A stretch of DNA of 61,061 bases, filler included, from 8 parts of 8 records of this genome joined end to end with filler, not necessarily neighbours in it; one strand, 5' to 3'; counted from the first letter of the whole stretch, positions 10,454-21,854 are shown. The notes: a model not told the origin generated them from the sequence alone. Program-made: numbers and translations.

Positions 10454-12787
10454 CTATTTCTTAGGAAGTCGATCAAAATCGATTACAGTCATATTAAATG
10501 TGGCCAGGTTGTCCGGCAGATCGGCAAAGACAAGTAAAAATGGAATGTTTTTACTCGGGCCTACTAAAAAATCGGGGCTGTTTCGGGGGGTTGTCAATCT
10601 TGTAGTGAGCGTTTTTATATCCATTGTTTTAAGCTGGTCATCTGGGATCTTTTTACCACATAGAACCGAGAGCGTTTTTATCTTCTTTTTCTCATTATCA
10701 AGAAGGGTGCATTTTAGTTTGATGTTTTTGCAAACCACTTCAGATTGGTTGAAGACCGCGCCTCGAATAACAAACAGGGTACCGGCAGATTCATGTTCGA
10801 TGAATTTGGAGACAATGGTTTTTTTGATGGGCGTCAGCCTAACCGGTGGTGGGGGCGGCTTGGGAATGTATTGATCTATGAACGGGATTTTGAGATCTGA
10901 AATATAGGGGATCTCCACACCGGTCATGATGGCTCCCACATATCCTGCAATGGCGACCACCAATAGAAAAAGAGTCATTACAACTATTTTGCCAAGGGCA
11001 AAGGATTTTTTGGGCTTTTCCTGATCTTTTTCAAAAAGAAGATGAGGTCGTTCTCCGGACAGGGTTGAGGACTCTTCCTCAGCCGAGTGACTGGCAGATG
11101 CTACTGCGGCAAGCTCCTCAATCTCTTTACTTTCTTTAATGATATCCGGCTCAATATCCCCTTCGTCATCAAAATCTTCATATTCCGATGTCCGAAACTC
11201 ATCTTTCAAGCCCTCTTCAGCCGGGGAGATAATTTCTTCGCGATCCGGTGTTTTGGAGAGTTCTTCATCCATTGAAAAATCAAGATCCATGGCCGTTGGG
11301 CTTTCGAGATGCAATTGGTCTTGACCATTTGAATCATCGGTATCAGGTGGCAGAGGCAACACATCCTCCATGGATGAAAAGTCGAGATCTAAATCGGTGT
11401 CGTCTTCCAATTCAAATTCAAGGGTGTCTTCTTCGCCGTGATCGTCATCATCGGTTGGTTCGTCATCAAATGAGAAATCGAGATCTATATCATCATCCGA
11501 AGTGTCTGCGTCTACTGAAAAATCAAGATCCAACTCATCGCTTTCCATACCATCTTCGTCCATGGAAAAATCTAAATCAAGATCATCGTCATCAGGTAAG
11601 GAAATCTCTGAAGAAGAGACTGCATCACCGGCGTCATCGGAAAAGTCAAGATCTAATTCCGCCCCCTCTTCAATGTCAAAAGAAGAATCCAATGGCGGCG
11701 CATCCGACGGCGTTGTGGGTGCGTCATCTTCCAGTGAAAAGTCGAGGTCAAGATCCAGGTTGAGGTCATCTTGGTCGTCGTCGGATGATACGAGGGGTGA
11801 TGGCGTTGCATCCGGTTCAGGTGCAGCATCATCATCCAGAGAAAAATCGAGATCCAGCTCAATCCCTTCGGTTCCAGAAGGGAGAGCTTGAGGGGTGTCG
11901 GATACTTGATCTAACGAGAGGTCTGACGGACTGTCGTCATCGTCCAAAGAAAAATCAAAGTCTAGTTCCAGTTCCGGCGCGGCACTCGATGTCGGTTCCG
12001 GTGTATCCAATGATATGTTTTGATCGGCTAGGGAGACGTCTTCATCCAGGGAAAGATCAAGCTCCGGTACCGGAGAGGCAGCTGAATCTTCAGCCTTTGG
12101 CGTTGAATCGAGTATGCCAATTTCATCTGAGGTTCCTTCCAAATCGCCGGACATGTCCTGGTCTTCATCCAGTGAGCCGGCCATGTCCAGCTCCAATGAG
12201 AGAGCCTCGTCAGATACTTGAGTCGTTTCAATCTCTGCAGGCTTTTCTTTCGATTCCAGCTCATCTTCCAGCGAAAATGTCATGTCTGCCGAATCAGAAG
12301 CATCTTGAGAAGACTTATCTTCACTCTTGAACTTTTCTCCAAGTTCATCTTCAAGATTCATTTCATTGCCAAGGGTGTCAACAGAAAGATGGGGATCCGA
12401 TTTTTCAGTCGGGGCTTCGGTAAGATCAGACGACGTATCACCAATAGTGGGGTCATCGGAAGCCGTTTTTTCAATCGTGATTTCATTTGCTTCTATGGTA
12501 AGGGAAGAGTCGTCAATGGTAATTTCTTCTTCAAACTCAAGGGCGGGCTCGGAAGCAGATGGAGCGCTTTGCGCCGGGGGGAAAGATTCCGGGGGCGAGG
12601 CAATTGAAGGCTTTTCCGAAATAGCTGTTGGGGTAGGTACGGCAGTTTCCATTGAAGGTGTGTCAGTGGGAGGAGAAGCTATAAAAATATGCTTGCAAAT
12701 GGTGCAACGGACTTTAGATCCATCCGGTTTTAAAATGGATTCATCCAGGTTAAACTTTGTTGAGCACGCTTCACAGGTGATAATCAT
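10454..12787 (-). CDS. zinc-ribbon (MJ0042-type) protein with long acidic linker, TM helix and DUF3426-like C-terminal domain
   Basis: MIITCEAC...KVRCTIC at the N-terminus, repeated LDLDFS acidic motifs, one TM helix, LFVIRG C-terminal domain. Confidence 0.8.
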   Translation of the reverse strand: MIITCEACSTKFNLDESILKPDGSKVRCTICKHIFIASPPTDTPSMETAVPTPTAISEKPSIASPPESFPPAQSAPSASEPALEFEEEITIDDSSLTIEANEITIEKTASDDPTIGDTSSDLTEAPTEKSDPHLSVDTLGNEMNLEDELGEKFKSEDKSSQDASDSADMTFSLEDELESKEKPAEIETTQVSDEALSLELDMAGSLDEDQDMSGDLEGTSDEIGILDSTPKAEDSAASPVPELDLSLDEDVSLADQNISLDTPEPTSSAAPELELDFDFSLDDDDSPSDLSLDQVSDTPQALPSGTEGIELDLDFSLDDDAAPEPDATPSPLVSSDDDQDDLNLDLDLDFSLEDDAPTTPSDAPPLDSSFDIEEGAELDLDFSDDAGDAVSSSEISLPDDDDLDLDFSMDEDGMESDELDLDFSVDADTSDDDIDLDFSFDDEPTDDDDHGEEDTLEFELEDDTDLDLDFSSMEDVLPLPPDTDDSNGQDQLHLESPTAMDLDFSMDEELSKTPDREEIISPAEEGLKDEFRTSEYEDFDDEGDIEPDIIKESKEIEELAAVASASHSAEEESSTLSGERPHLLFEKDQEKPKKSFALGKIVVMTLFLLVVAIAGYVGAIMTGVEIPYISDLKIPFIDQYIPKPPPPPVRLTPIKKTIVSKFIEHESAGTLFVIRGAVFNQSEVVCKNIKLKCTLLDNEKKKIKTLSVLCGKKIPDDQLKTMDIKTLTTRLTTPRNSPDFLVGPSKNIPFLLVFADLPDNLATFNMTVIDFDRLPKK

Positions 12788-12948
12788 AATCCTCCCCTCG
12801 TCATATGCAATTCAATCGAAAACCGATTGTGCCCGGTGCCGGAAGTTCGACCTCAATCAAGATGTTTCATGTTTGCACTTAAATTGTATGGGGAAACGTT
12901 CTTGAAAAGTGTAAACAGCCTTACGGCTGAATGAAGGAAGTCGATATG

Positions 12949-13464
12949 TTATAATTTCAGATCATAGATGGCAGGCAGATTTCTATATTTTTCATTATAA
13001 TCAAGACCATACCCTACAATGAACCCTTTTTCAATGGTAAAACATGCATAATTCACTTCAACGGCGAGCGCTCTGCGCTCTTCCTTGTTGATCAATGTGC
13101 AGAGCTTGATGGATGCCGGATTGAATGAAGAGAAAAAATCCATCAAAGCCATGAGTGTTCGGCCGGTGTCCACAATGTCTTCCACCAATAACAGATCTTT
13201 GCCTTCAAGGTCGAGGTCCGGTTTTTTGGTGAATTCGATGATCCCGGATGCTTCCGTTCCTGTGTAACTGGAGGTGCCGACAAAATCGATTTCATGATCA
13301 ATGGAAATTGCCCTCGAAAGATCGGAAAGGAAAATAAAGGATCCTTTGAGTATGCCGACAAGAACAAGATCCTTGTTGGCATAGGCTTGTGAAATGTCAC
13401 CCCCCATTTTTTGGACGCTTTTTTGGATCTCCTTCTGGGAGATCATGGGAATCAGTTGTGCCAT
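12949..13464 (-). CDS. hpt: hypoxanthine phosphoribosyltransferase
   Basis: VGILKGS, LLVEDIVDTGRT, FIVGYGLDY. Confidence 0.95.
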   Translation of the reverse strand: MAQLIPMISQKEIQKSVQKMGGDISQAYANKDLVLVGILKGSFIFLSDLSRAISIDHEIDFVGTSSYTGTEASGIIEFTKKPDLDLEGKDLLLVEDIVDTGRTLMALMDFFSSFNPASIKLCTLINKEERRALAVEVNYACFTIEKGFIVGYGLDYNEKYRNLPAIYDLKL

Positions 13465-13471
13465 ATTGGTT

Positions 13472-14421
13472 TTATAGTCCTGTTTCAGCTAATTTTTCAA
13501 CAAGTATTTTTTGTTGATCTGTCAATGTTGAAGTATAATTTACGTGGATTGTTACAAATAAATTGCCACATCCATTGCCGTTCATAAAAGGAATGCCATG
13601 ACCGGAGAGACGTAGTTTCCCTTTGTGTTTTGTTCCCGGTGGAATGTTGACGGTGACGGTTTTACCCACCGGGGTGGTTAAATCAATTTTGGTTCCAAGT
13701 AACGCTTCGGTCAATTGGATCTGTTTAATGGTGGTGATGTCATTGCCGTCTATGGTGAATTCCGAAGAGGGCATGGGTCTCGATTTTATATATAGATTGC
13801 CCCTTGGGCCACCATATGGGCTGGGCTCCCCTTTACCCGCCAGCCGAATTTTTTTCCGGCCACCATCCCTTTGGGAATGTTGACGGTCAGTGTTTCCCTT
13901 TTACCACTGTGGGTCAATGTGACGGTTTTTTTTGAACCGTTGATGATCTCATCCAAGGTCAGGCTTATTTCGTGTTCCAGATCATTGCCTTGCATTTGCC
14001 GGGCTCGTGGGCCGCCGCCCATGCCCCCCATGTGACCAAATGGATTCCCCCCCATGCTCCCACCGGAAAAGGAATTGCCGGAAAACCCTCGCCCAAATGA
14101 GGCGCTGTTACCACCGAAGCTTTGACCGAATCCGAACTCTTTTAAAATGTCACCGATGTCAAAGTTCCGGAATATATCTTCCTGGGAATATCGTTGTTGA
14201 AAATCGGCAGAGCCATAGGTGTCGTATTGATGACGTTTTTCCTTGTCGCTGAGAACGGCATACGCCTCACTGATTTCCTTGAATTTGGCCTCAGCTGCCG
14301 GATTATCCTTGTTTCGATCGGGATGGTACTTCAGGGCCAGTTTATGATAGGCTTTTTTTATTTCTGCGGTAGTGGCTGTTTTAGCCACGCCTAGGGTGTT
14401 ATAGTAGTCTGTTCCTGCCAT
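13472..14421 (-). CDS. DnaJ-class chaperone without zinc finger (CbpA-like); frameshift at the T7 run 13849-13855
   Basis: J-domain with HPD, G/F region; adding one A gives [10 protein letters not shown]...GNLYI joining the 13472-13774 ORF; start MAGTDYY. Confidence 0.88.
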
Positions 14422-14561
14422 TTTGATGTATCCTTTTTTGAATGTCTCAACATACTGCAGTCGCAACTGATTTCTTTTGGGTTTGATAAAAAAATAAACG
14501 GATTATTTCGAGTGTCAAGACAAACGGAGGGTTGCATATTCATCGGACATGGACGGAGCGC

Positions 14562-16457
14562 CTAATCCGAGGCTTTTTCCGAGGCTTTTCGACTTTGTGC
14601 GGAGATGCCTACCATGATGATGGATAGGGCTGCCGGAGTCATTCCGTCAATTCGGGAGGCTTGTCCAAGGGATTCGGGCCTGACGGAGATCAGCTTTTCC
14701 CGAAGTTCGTTGGAAAGACCATGCAGTGTGGCAAAGTCGATATCTTTCGGGATTTTGATTTTTTCCATGTCCTTGAATTTTTTGATCTCATTGAGTTGAC
14801 GGGCGATATAGCCCTCATATTTCAGCCCGATCTCTACTTGCTGTTTGATCCTGGAAGAGACCGGTTCTGGCGGGGGGGCCAATGTTTCCACAGTACTGTA
14901 GTCAATTCCCGCTCTTTTGATCAGTTGATCCAGTTTCACTCCTGTTGAGATGGACGTGCTACCAACGCATTCCAGATGAGCATTGACATCCGCAGACGGT
15001 TTGATGATCACCGCTCTGATGCGTTGAATTTCCGAATCTGCGCTGTTTTTTAATGTTTGCGTTCGTTGTAAGGTCTCTTCGTTCACCAGGTCATATTCAT
15101 AGGCTTTTTCAACCAGTCGCAGATCGGCATTGTCTTCCCTGAGCATCAATCGATACTCCGCCCGTGATGTGAACATGCGATAGGGCTCTTCCGTTCCCCG
15201 GGTGACGAGATCATCCACCATGACCCCTATGTAAGCTTCTGAGCGATCCAATATAAACGGTGGACGACGTTGCACCTTGCAGGCGGCATTGATTCCGGCC
15301 CAAAGACCTTGTGCCGCAGCTTCTTCATAGCCGGATGTACCGTTGATTTGACCGGCCATAAATAATCCGGAAATTTTGCGGGTTTCAAGCGTGGGACTCA
15401 GCTGTTGCGGATTGAGGAAATCGTATTCGATGGCGTAGGCCGGTCGAATAATTTCCGCTGCTTCAAGCCCTTCCACCATGCGCACCAATTCCGTCTGAAT
15501 TTCCCACGGCAGGCTGTTCCCCAGACCACTGGCGTAGATTTCTTCGGTTTCAAGTCCTTCATGTTCCAGGATCACCTGGTGACTCTCTCGATCGGGAAAT
15601 TTGACGATTTTATCTTCAAAAGATGGGCAGTAGCGAGCGGAACGACCGTGAATATGTCCGCCGTAAAGTGCAGAGAATTTCAAGTTGTCTCTGACAAATT
15701 GATGGAGTTTGGCATTGGTATTCCCCATATAGCTGGGCAGCATAGGGTTGACGAGAGTGGTGGTATCATATGAGAAGGGGGTGGGGGCGAGATCCGGGGG
15801 CCTTGAGCTGAACTTGGAGAAATCAATGGAGTCTTTGTGAAGCCTCGGCGGCGTACCGGTTTTCATTCTGCCGATTTCAAATCCGAACCGCTGCAGGGAG
15901 TCGGATAACGCGATAGATGCAAATTCTCCGGCGCGTCCCGCCTCAAATGATCGATTTCCAATATGGACAGCGCCTTTGAGAAAGGTACCGGTGGCAAGAA
16001 TGACGGTATTTGCTTCAAACCCGAAGCCGGTTTTCTCAATCACACCTTTGATTTGGTCGTTTTCAACAATGATGTCTTCCACCATGGTCTGTTTGATATC
16101 AAGTCCCTCACATGTTTCTAATGTATGCTTGACGACTTGATGATAGCGGGCTTTGTCGTTTTGTGTACGGGTGGACTGAACCGCCGGGCCTTTCCGGGTG
16201 TTGAGGGTATGGTATTGAATGGCGGATGCATCCGATGCTTTGGCCATGATTCCGCCTAAGGCATCGACCTCCTTGACCAGTTGCCCTTTTGCCATTCCTC
16301 CGATGGAGGGGCTGCAAGGCATCGCTGCGGTTTTGTCCAGATCGATGGTAAGAAGCAGTGCGGAGCAGCCCATTCGAACAGCGGCAAGAGCAGCTTCGCA
16401 CCCGGCGTGACCAGCTCCCACAACGATCACATCATATTTTTTTTTGTAGAATTTCAT
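14562..16457 (-). CDS. mnmG: tRNA uridine-5-carboxymethylaminomethyl(34) synthesis enzyme MnmG
   Basis: GAGHAGCEAA, KTGTPPR, RYCPS, GQINGTSGYEEAAAQG. Confidence 0.97.
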   Translation of the reverse strand: MKFYKKKYDVIVVGAGHAGCEAALAAVRMGCSALLLTIDLDKTAAMPCSPSIGGMAKGQLVKEVDALGGIMAKASDASAIQYHTLNTRKGPAVQSTRTQNDKARYHQVVKHTLETCEGLDIKQTMVEDIIVENDQIKGVIEKTGFGFEANTVILATGTFLKGAVHIGNRSFEAGRAGEFASIALSDSLQRFGFEIGRMKTGTPPRLHKDSIDFSKFSSRPPDLAPTPFSYDTTTLVNPMLPSYMGNTNAKLHQFVRDNLKFSALYGGHIHGRSARYCPSFEDKIVKFPDRESHQVILEHEGLETEEIYASGLGNSLPWEIQTELVRMVEGLEAAEIIRPAYAIEYDFLNPQQLSPTLETRKISGLFMAGQINGTSGYEEAAAQGLWAGINAACKVQRRPPFILDRSEAYIGVMVDDLVTRGTEEPYRMFTSRAEYRLMLREDNADLRLVEKAYEYDLVNEETLQRTQTLKNSADSEIQRIRAVIIKPSADVNAHLECVGSTSISTGVKLDQLIKRAGIDYSTVETLAPPPEPVSSRIKQQVEIGLKYEGYIARQLNEIKKFKDMEKIKIPKDIDFATLHGLSNELREKLISVRPESLGQASRIDGMTPAALSIIMVGISAQSRKASEKASD

Positions 16458-16522
16458 GGGGGATTACTATATATCTGCTTTACTTTTTGGTCAAGAAGCG
16501 CTTTTTGAGTGGATAACAAAGA

Positions 16523-17437
16523 ATGAGAAATTTAAACCGATATACTCACTATAATGCCTACTTAAGATCGCTCTACGGAGAGCGAGTGCAAAAAATTATT
16601 GTTGATACCGGCCTTGGGTGCCCCAATCGCGACGGAAGCATTTCAAGGGGAGGGTGCATCTATTGCAATAGTCGAGGTTCCGGCTCGGGGATGTGGGAAA
16701 AAGGGCTCTCCATTATCGAACAAATAGATCGTGGCCGGATTGCCATGACCAGGCGGTATAAGGCAAGAAAATTTTTGATTTATTTTCAATCCTACACCAA
16801 TACGTACACCTCGTGTGAGCATATGAAAGCCATGTATGATGAGGCTCTGTTTGCCGACGGGGTGGTGGGGATGGCCGTGGGTACCCGTCCGGATTGTGTC
16901 GATCCGGAAAAAATCGAATTGCTGGCGTCCTATACCCCCGATTATTTGGTTTGGCTGGAGTACGGCATTCAATCCTGTCACGATACGACCCTTGAGCGGA
17001 TCAACAGAGGGCATGATTTTGCATGTTTTGTCCATGCGGTCGAGATGGCGCGTTACACCGATATCAACATCTGTGCCCATATCATTTTAGGCCTTCCCGG
17101 TGAGAGTCGGGAGATGATGATTGAAACGGCTCGTAAAATGGGGGATTTGGGAATCAATGGGGTCAAGTTGCATCTTCTTTACGTCGTCAAAGGCACTGTC
17201 CTTGAAAAAATGTATAATCGGGGGGAGTATACGTGTCTGTCGCTCAATGAATATGTCGAGTGGGTCTGTGATTTTATTGAGCATCTGCCTGAGAATGTCA
17301 TCATTCAACGGATTACCGGCGATCCGCACCCGGATGAGTTGGTCTCTCCCCAATGGGCGTTGGAGCGAAACCTTGCATACAATATGATCCAGAAACGTCT
17401 TGAAGAGAGAGATGTATTTCAGGGGCAGAAATATTGA
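16523..17437 (+). CDS. TIGR01212/YhcC-type radical SAM protein
   Basis: CPNRDGS..GGCIYC, YFQSYTNTY, GTRPDC. Confidence 0.9.
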   Translation: MRNLNRYTHYNAYLRSLYGERVQKIIVDTGLGCPNRDGSISRGGCIYCNSRGSGSGMWEKGLSIIEQIDRGRIAMTRRYKARKFLIYFQSYTNTYTSCEHMKAMYDEALFADGVVGMAVGTRPDCVDPEKIELLASYTPDYLVWLEYGIQSCHDTTLERINRGHDFACFVHAVEMARYTDINICAHIILGLPGESREMMIETARKMGDLGINGVKLHLLYVVKGTVLEKMYNRGEYTCLSLNEYVEWVCDFIEHLPENVIIQRITGDPHPDELVSPQWALERNLAYNMIQKRLEERDVFQGQKY

Positions 17438-17671
17438 TGCACGCTGTTCAAAGCGACCCTTCGCTGTCCGTTTTTGAGTCGGGTTTCGATGAAAAAAACT
17501 ACCGGTGTAACTCTACAACGCAACTTGAGATCAACGTCCTATATGGTGTGGAGGGCTATGTCTAATTACCTCCAAATATTGGGATGTGATTTGTAAGCCC
17601 CCTTCAAGTAGGCATAAACCCGATAAGTGATGCTGTAGGGGGACGCGTTGGGACGTTCTATTTTTTTTGTG

Positions 17672-18912
17672 TCAAATCGGCTTGTCACGGCCGTTATGGA
17701 CGGGGAAAGCTTTTGAAAAATAGTCGGATAGCTGTCCGTTTTCATTTCTGACCACGATGAGGGCATCAACATGGGGGAGCGTATCGATCAGCGCGATTCC
17801 TTTTTGGGGACCCATGACCATCAACCCCGTGGCAAGACCGTCGGCAAAGGTGCAGTTGGGTGCAATGACGGATGTGCTGACCACGCCGTTTCTCACCGGA
17901 TAGCCGGTCTTAGGATCAATGATATGGGAGTAGGTCTTACCGTCAATCTCAATGAAATTACGGTAATCCCCACTTGTTGCCAAGCCTTTTCCTTCAAGGG
18001 GAAAGGCCATATAGACGGCATTGGGATTGCCCCCTTTATCCGGCCGGTTGATTCCCACCATCCATGATGAACCGGCACTCTCCACACGCCCTGTTTTCTT
18101 TGTTCCTTCGGCAACGACCTCTCCTCCGATTTCAACGAGAAAATTTTCATAGCCGTTGTTTTTCAGCATGGTTGCAATGGCATCAACGCCAAACCCTTTG
18201 GCAATGGATCCCAGATCGAGTGTAATGGCGTCAATTTTTTTATCAGGGTATGGGGCGTGGTGTTTGATGGGGAAATCATGACTTTGTTAAATCCGATTTG
18301 AGAGAGAAGTCTTGTGACGGTTTCCTCGGAAGGGAGCGTCGTTCGCTGACGTTTGGTGCCGAACCCCCATAAGTCAATGAGCGGCTTTAAGGTCGCGTCC
18401 CAAGTGCCTTCCGTCATTTCATAAAGTTGTTGACCTATTCGCATTACTTGGTGGAAATCGGAAGAGATGACAAACGCCAATGGCTGATTTTTTTCGTTCA
18501 ACGCTTTACTGTTATTGAAACGGGTGATTTCACTTGTTTTTGAGTAGATGGACATACTTTGATTGATCGTTTTGAGTGTCTCATCAATATCTTTTTTCAA
18601 CCGCTGCTTTGTCTTGATATGGGATGGCGAGTGTACGCCGGTATGATTGTCCAAAGGCATGCAGACTTTAATATGGTACGTCGTTCCCATGGTCTTTCCG
18701 GAAAAGCGTTCAATCTGAAAATGTGACGTTTTTTTTGACGTCTCAGATGCAGCGGCCAAAAGGGGCATGATCAAGAAAGAAGAAAGAACAATCAAAATTA
18801 GCGGTTTGAATCTGAAAAGGGATTTGAATTCAGATTCAAATTTTGACTTTTGAGTTTTTTCAAAGCCTTTTATATTGAATTGGGACGACAAACGACATAC
18901 CATAGTTTCCAC
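17672..18912 (-). CDS. apbE: FAD:protein FMN transferase ApbE (RnfF); frameshift at the T7 run 18235-18241
   Basis: TMGTTY, restored DLGSIAKG, EIGGE, ATSGDY, HIIDP, ADGLAT; lies downstream of rnf. Confidence 0.9.
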
Positions 18913-18935
18913 CTTATCATTGAGTTTTTGAAATT

Positions 18936-18973
18936 AAAAAAAGGGGCATGAAAATAATTCTCATGCCCCTTTT
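18936..18973 (-). terminator. intrinsic (bidirectional-type) terminator after rnfB
   Basis: A-run, GGGGCATGA...TCATGCCCC, T-run. Confidence 0.8.
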
Positions 18974-19043
18974 CTATCTATTTCCCGTTTTTCCGGTCGT
19001 GACGACAATTGACCGCATAAAGCACTGCTGAAATTTGTTAATA

Positions 19044-21119
19044 TTAGGCAGTCGCTTTGTCCGGGTTATAACATGTCCTGCAGCAGTTCAAGCATCGGTC
19101 TGCTTCACCCAATGCCTGATCTTCAGGGAGTACCAGGTCCACTTCAATCATGGAATCAATACGCTCACTCACCGGCAATTCCGGCATCTCAGCCCGTTTG
19201 ATGGGCGTTACACCCGGCACGGTGGCGAAAACGGACTCTTCGATCTTTTTACCCTGGAGAGATTTTTCAACCGGAGTCACTTTTTCTCCCTTAAGGAACA
19301 GATCGATGGATCTGGCTGCCCGACGTCCGGCACCAATGGCATCCACAACCAGCGCAGGGCCGGTGGCGGAATCTCCACCCGTAAAAATATAGGGAACGGA
19401 GGTGGACTGTAGGGTCGTCGGATCGTTATCAATGGTACTCCAGCGCGTCAAGGCCAGCTCGGAGATTCTTCTGGAGGTCTCTTCCTTGAAGCTGGCATCC
19501 GGGGACTGTCCAATTGCTGTTACAATGGTATCTACTTCCAACATGGTCTCGGAGCCTTCAATGGGAACTGGACGTCTTCTGCCGCTGGCATCGGGCTCTC
19601 CCAGCTCCATCTTCAGGTATTCCAGATGGGTGACATGGCCATCTTCGTTACTGACAACCTTGGAAGGGGCTGCCAGAAAGACGAACTCAATGCCTTCGTG
19701 CTCTGTAGCGACGATTTCCACTTCGTTGGCGGGCATCTCTTTACGAGTCCTTCGGTAGACCAGGTACACTTTTTCAACACCGAGCCTCAGCATGGTTCGA
19801 GCGCAGTCCACGGCCGTGTTACCTCCTCCGACTACACACGCTTTGTTGCCGAGAGGGATTTTCTCACCCAACGCGGTTCTGGAGAGAAAGTTGATGCCTT
19901 TGTAGCATCCTTTCATGTCGTCACCGGGGATGCCCAGCTCGTAGTCTTTCCAGGCACCGATTCCCATGAATATCGATTCATATCCGGCAGTGATAAGGGA
20001 ACCCAAACCAAAGTCGCTTCCGAACCGAGTGTTGGTTCGAACATCGATACCCAATCGGGTGATCCCTTCAATTTCCCAATCCAACACTTTTTTGGGTAGA
20101 CGGTACTCGGGGATACCATAGCGGATGATCCCGCCCAGTTTGGGCATGGCATCGAAAATGGTCACCTGATATCCGACACGTCGCAAAAAGTAAGCGCAGC
20201 TGAGGCCGGCAGGTCCCCCACCGATGACCGCCACTTTTTTGCCGTTATCCGGTGCACAGGTGATGGGAACTCTGCTGCCGGAGTTCATCTCATAATCGGC
20301 TGCAAATCGTTTGAGCTGGTTGATGGAGACCGGTTCATCCGCCAGTCCGCGACGACAGTCATCTTCACAAGGATGCGGGCATACCCGGCCACAGGAGAGC
20401 AGCAAGGGATTTCTCATGCGGATGGTCTGAACCGCTGCACGATAATCCCCACGTTTAATCTCGCTGATGTATTTGGGAATATTGATTTCCGCAGGGCATC
20501 TCTGGGCACAAGGGGCCAGAGCATCGTCTTCAGCGTTGAAGTCGAGAAGACGTTCAGACATGGTTTTAACTTTGAGAATATCTTTCGGGCATGCCGTTTG
20601 GCAGGCACCGCAGCCGACGCACAGATTCTCGTCGACAACGGGGAATCCCTCTTTGCCCATTTTGATGGCGCCAAAGTTACACGCCTTGATACAATCTCCA
20701 AGTCCCAAACATCCCACACCGCACTCACGCTGCCCACCATATACGGCTGTCATGGCCTTACAGGAATTCACTCCCTGGTAGTGGTATTTTGTTACGGCGC
20801 GTTTGCCGCCGTCGCAAGTGTTGTCGGCCAGTCTGGGCTCAGCTGTTCCGGGATCAAGCCCCATTACTTCTGCCACCCCTGCAATGCCTTCCGGGCTTGA
20901 AATTACACAGACACTGGGGGGTGCTTCTCCATTGACAACTGCTTGGGCTGCAGAACTACAACCGGCATAACCGCAACCACCGCAGTTAGCACCGGCCAGA
21001 TTGTTTTCCACCTCGGCGATGCGGGGATCTTCATATACATAAAAAATTTTGGATGCATAACTGAGAACAAGGCCGCACACGCCGCCGATTCCCAGCATAA
21101 AGAGTAGTGCTTCCGTCAT
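19044..21119 (-). CDS. rnfB: RnfB fused to a GltD/NfnL-like FAD/NAD(P)H oxidoreductase
   Basis: TM helix plus NCGGCGYAGC and ferredoxin motifs, then CGRVCPHPCE, GGGPAG, GGGNTAVD and EADRCLNC. Confidence 0.9.
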   Translation of the reverse strand: MTEALLFMLGIGGVCGLVLSYASKIFYVYEDPRIAEVENNLAGANCGGCGYAGCSSAAQAVVNGEAPPSVCVISSPEGIAGVAEVMGLDPGTAEPRLADNTCDGGKRAVTKYHYQGVNSCKAMTAVYGGQRECGVGCLGLGDCIKACNFGAIKMGKEGFPVVDENLCVGCGACQTACPKDILKVKTMSERLLDFNAEDDALAPCAQRCPAEINIPKYISEIKRGDYRAAVQTIRMRNPLLLSCGRVCPHPCEDDCRRGLADEPVSINQLKRFAADYEMNSGSRVPITCAPDNGKKVAVIGGGPAGLSCAYFLRRVGYQVTIFDAMPKLGGIIRYGIPEYRLPKKVLDWEIEGITRLGIDVRTNTRFGSDFGLGSLITAGYESIFMGIGAWKDYELGIPGDDMKGCYKGINFLSRTALGEKIPLGNKACVVGGGNTAVDCARTMLRLGVEKVYLVYRRTRKEMPANEVEIVATEHEGIEFVFLAAPSKVVSNEDGHVTHLEYLKMELGEPDASGRRRPVPIEGSETMLEVDTIVTAIGQSPDASFKEETSRRISELALTRWSTIDNDPTTLQSTSVPYIFTGGDSATGPALVVDAIGAGRRAARSIDLFLKGEKVTPVEKSLQGKKIEESVFATVPGVTPIKRAEMPELPVSERIDSMIEVDLVLPEDQALGEADRCLNCCRTCYNPDKATA

Positions 21120-21278
21120 GATAACCTCATATTCGATTTAGTTGTGACGGTGTCAGGAAAGGCTTTTCTCAGATCAATAGAGCATGCCCTTACCGTTTCC
21201 CATGCCATGGCAAAAAAAGGTGTCCCGCATCTAAAATGAGCGAGAGTGAGCCGCATTGATCTGGAAAAGCGCAATCGC

Positions 21279-21854
21279 TTAAACCATCCCTTTGAATGCA
21301 AAAAACGACAGTGCAATCATTCCAGCGGTGACAAGACCGATGGAGGTGTCCTGAAGCGGTTTGGGGACTCTGGCAATGTTGATTCTCTCCCGGATACCGG
21401 CAAACAGAATCAATGCAAGCCCAAAACCAAGGGCATAACTGAATGAGGCAATCAGAGCCTGCATAAAGGTATACTCTTCATTGATATTGATTAAACAGAC
21501 ACCCATTACCGCACAGTTAGTTGTAATGAGGGGAAGGAAAATACCCAACCCGGCATACAGGGTGGGAATACTCTTTTTCAAAAACATCTCCACAAATTGA
21601 ACCAATGAGGCGATGACAAGGATAAACGCAACGGTTCTGAGAAACTCTATGTCCAGAGTTTTCAGAAGGTAAGTATCGGTAATCCATGTGATGATGCCGG
21701 CCATCACCAATACAAAGATAACGGCCATGGACATACCGGTCGCGGTTTCCATTTTCTTGGAGGTTCCCAGAAAGGGGCACTGCCCCAGAAACTGTGCAAG
21801 GAGAATATTGTTCACAAAGATGCAGCTGATGGCAAGAACGAAATAGTCACCCAT
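21279..21854 (-). CDS. rnfA: Rnf electron transport complex subunit A
   Basis: FLGQCPFLG, LPLITTNCAV. Confidence 0.94.
   Translation of the reverse strand: MGDYFVLAISCIFVNNILLAQFLGQCPFLGTSKKMETATGMSMAVIFVLVMAGIITWITDTYLLKTLDIEFLRTVAFILVIASLVQFVEMFLKKSIPTLYAGLGIFLPLITTNCAVMGVCLININEEYTFMQALIASFSYALGFGLALILFAGIRERINIARVPKPLQDTSIGLVTAGMIALSFFAFKGMV

Noticed and set aside
17536-17646. Possible structured RNA between the radical SAM gene and apbE
   Set aside because: Only weak end-to-end pairing and no recognisable family features.
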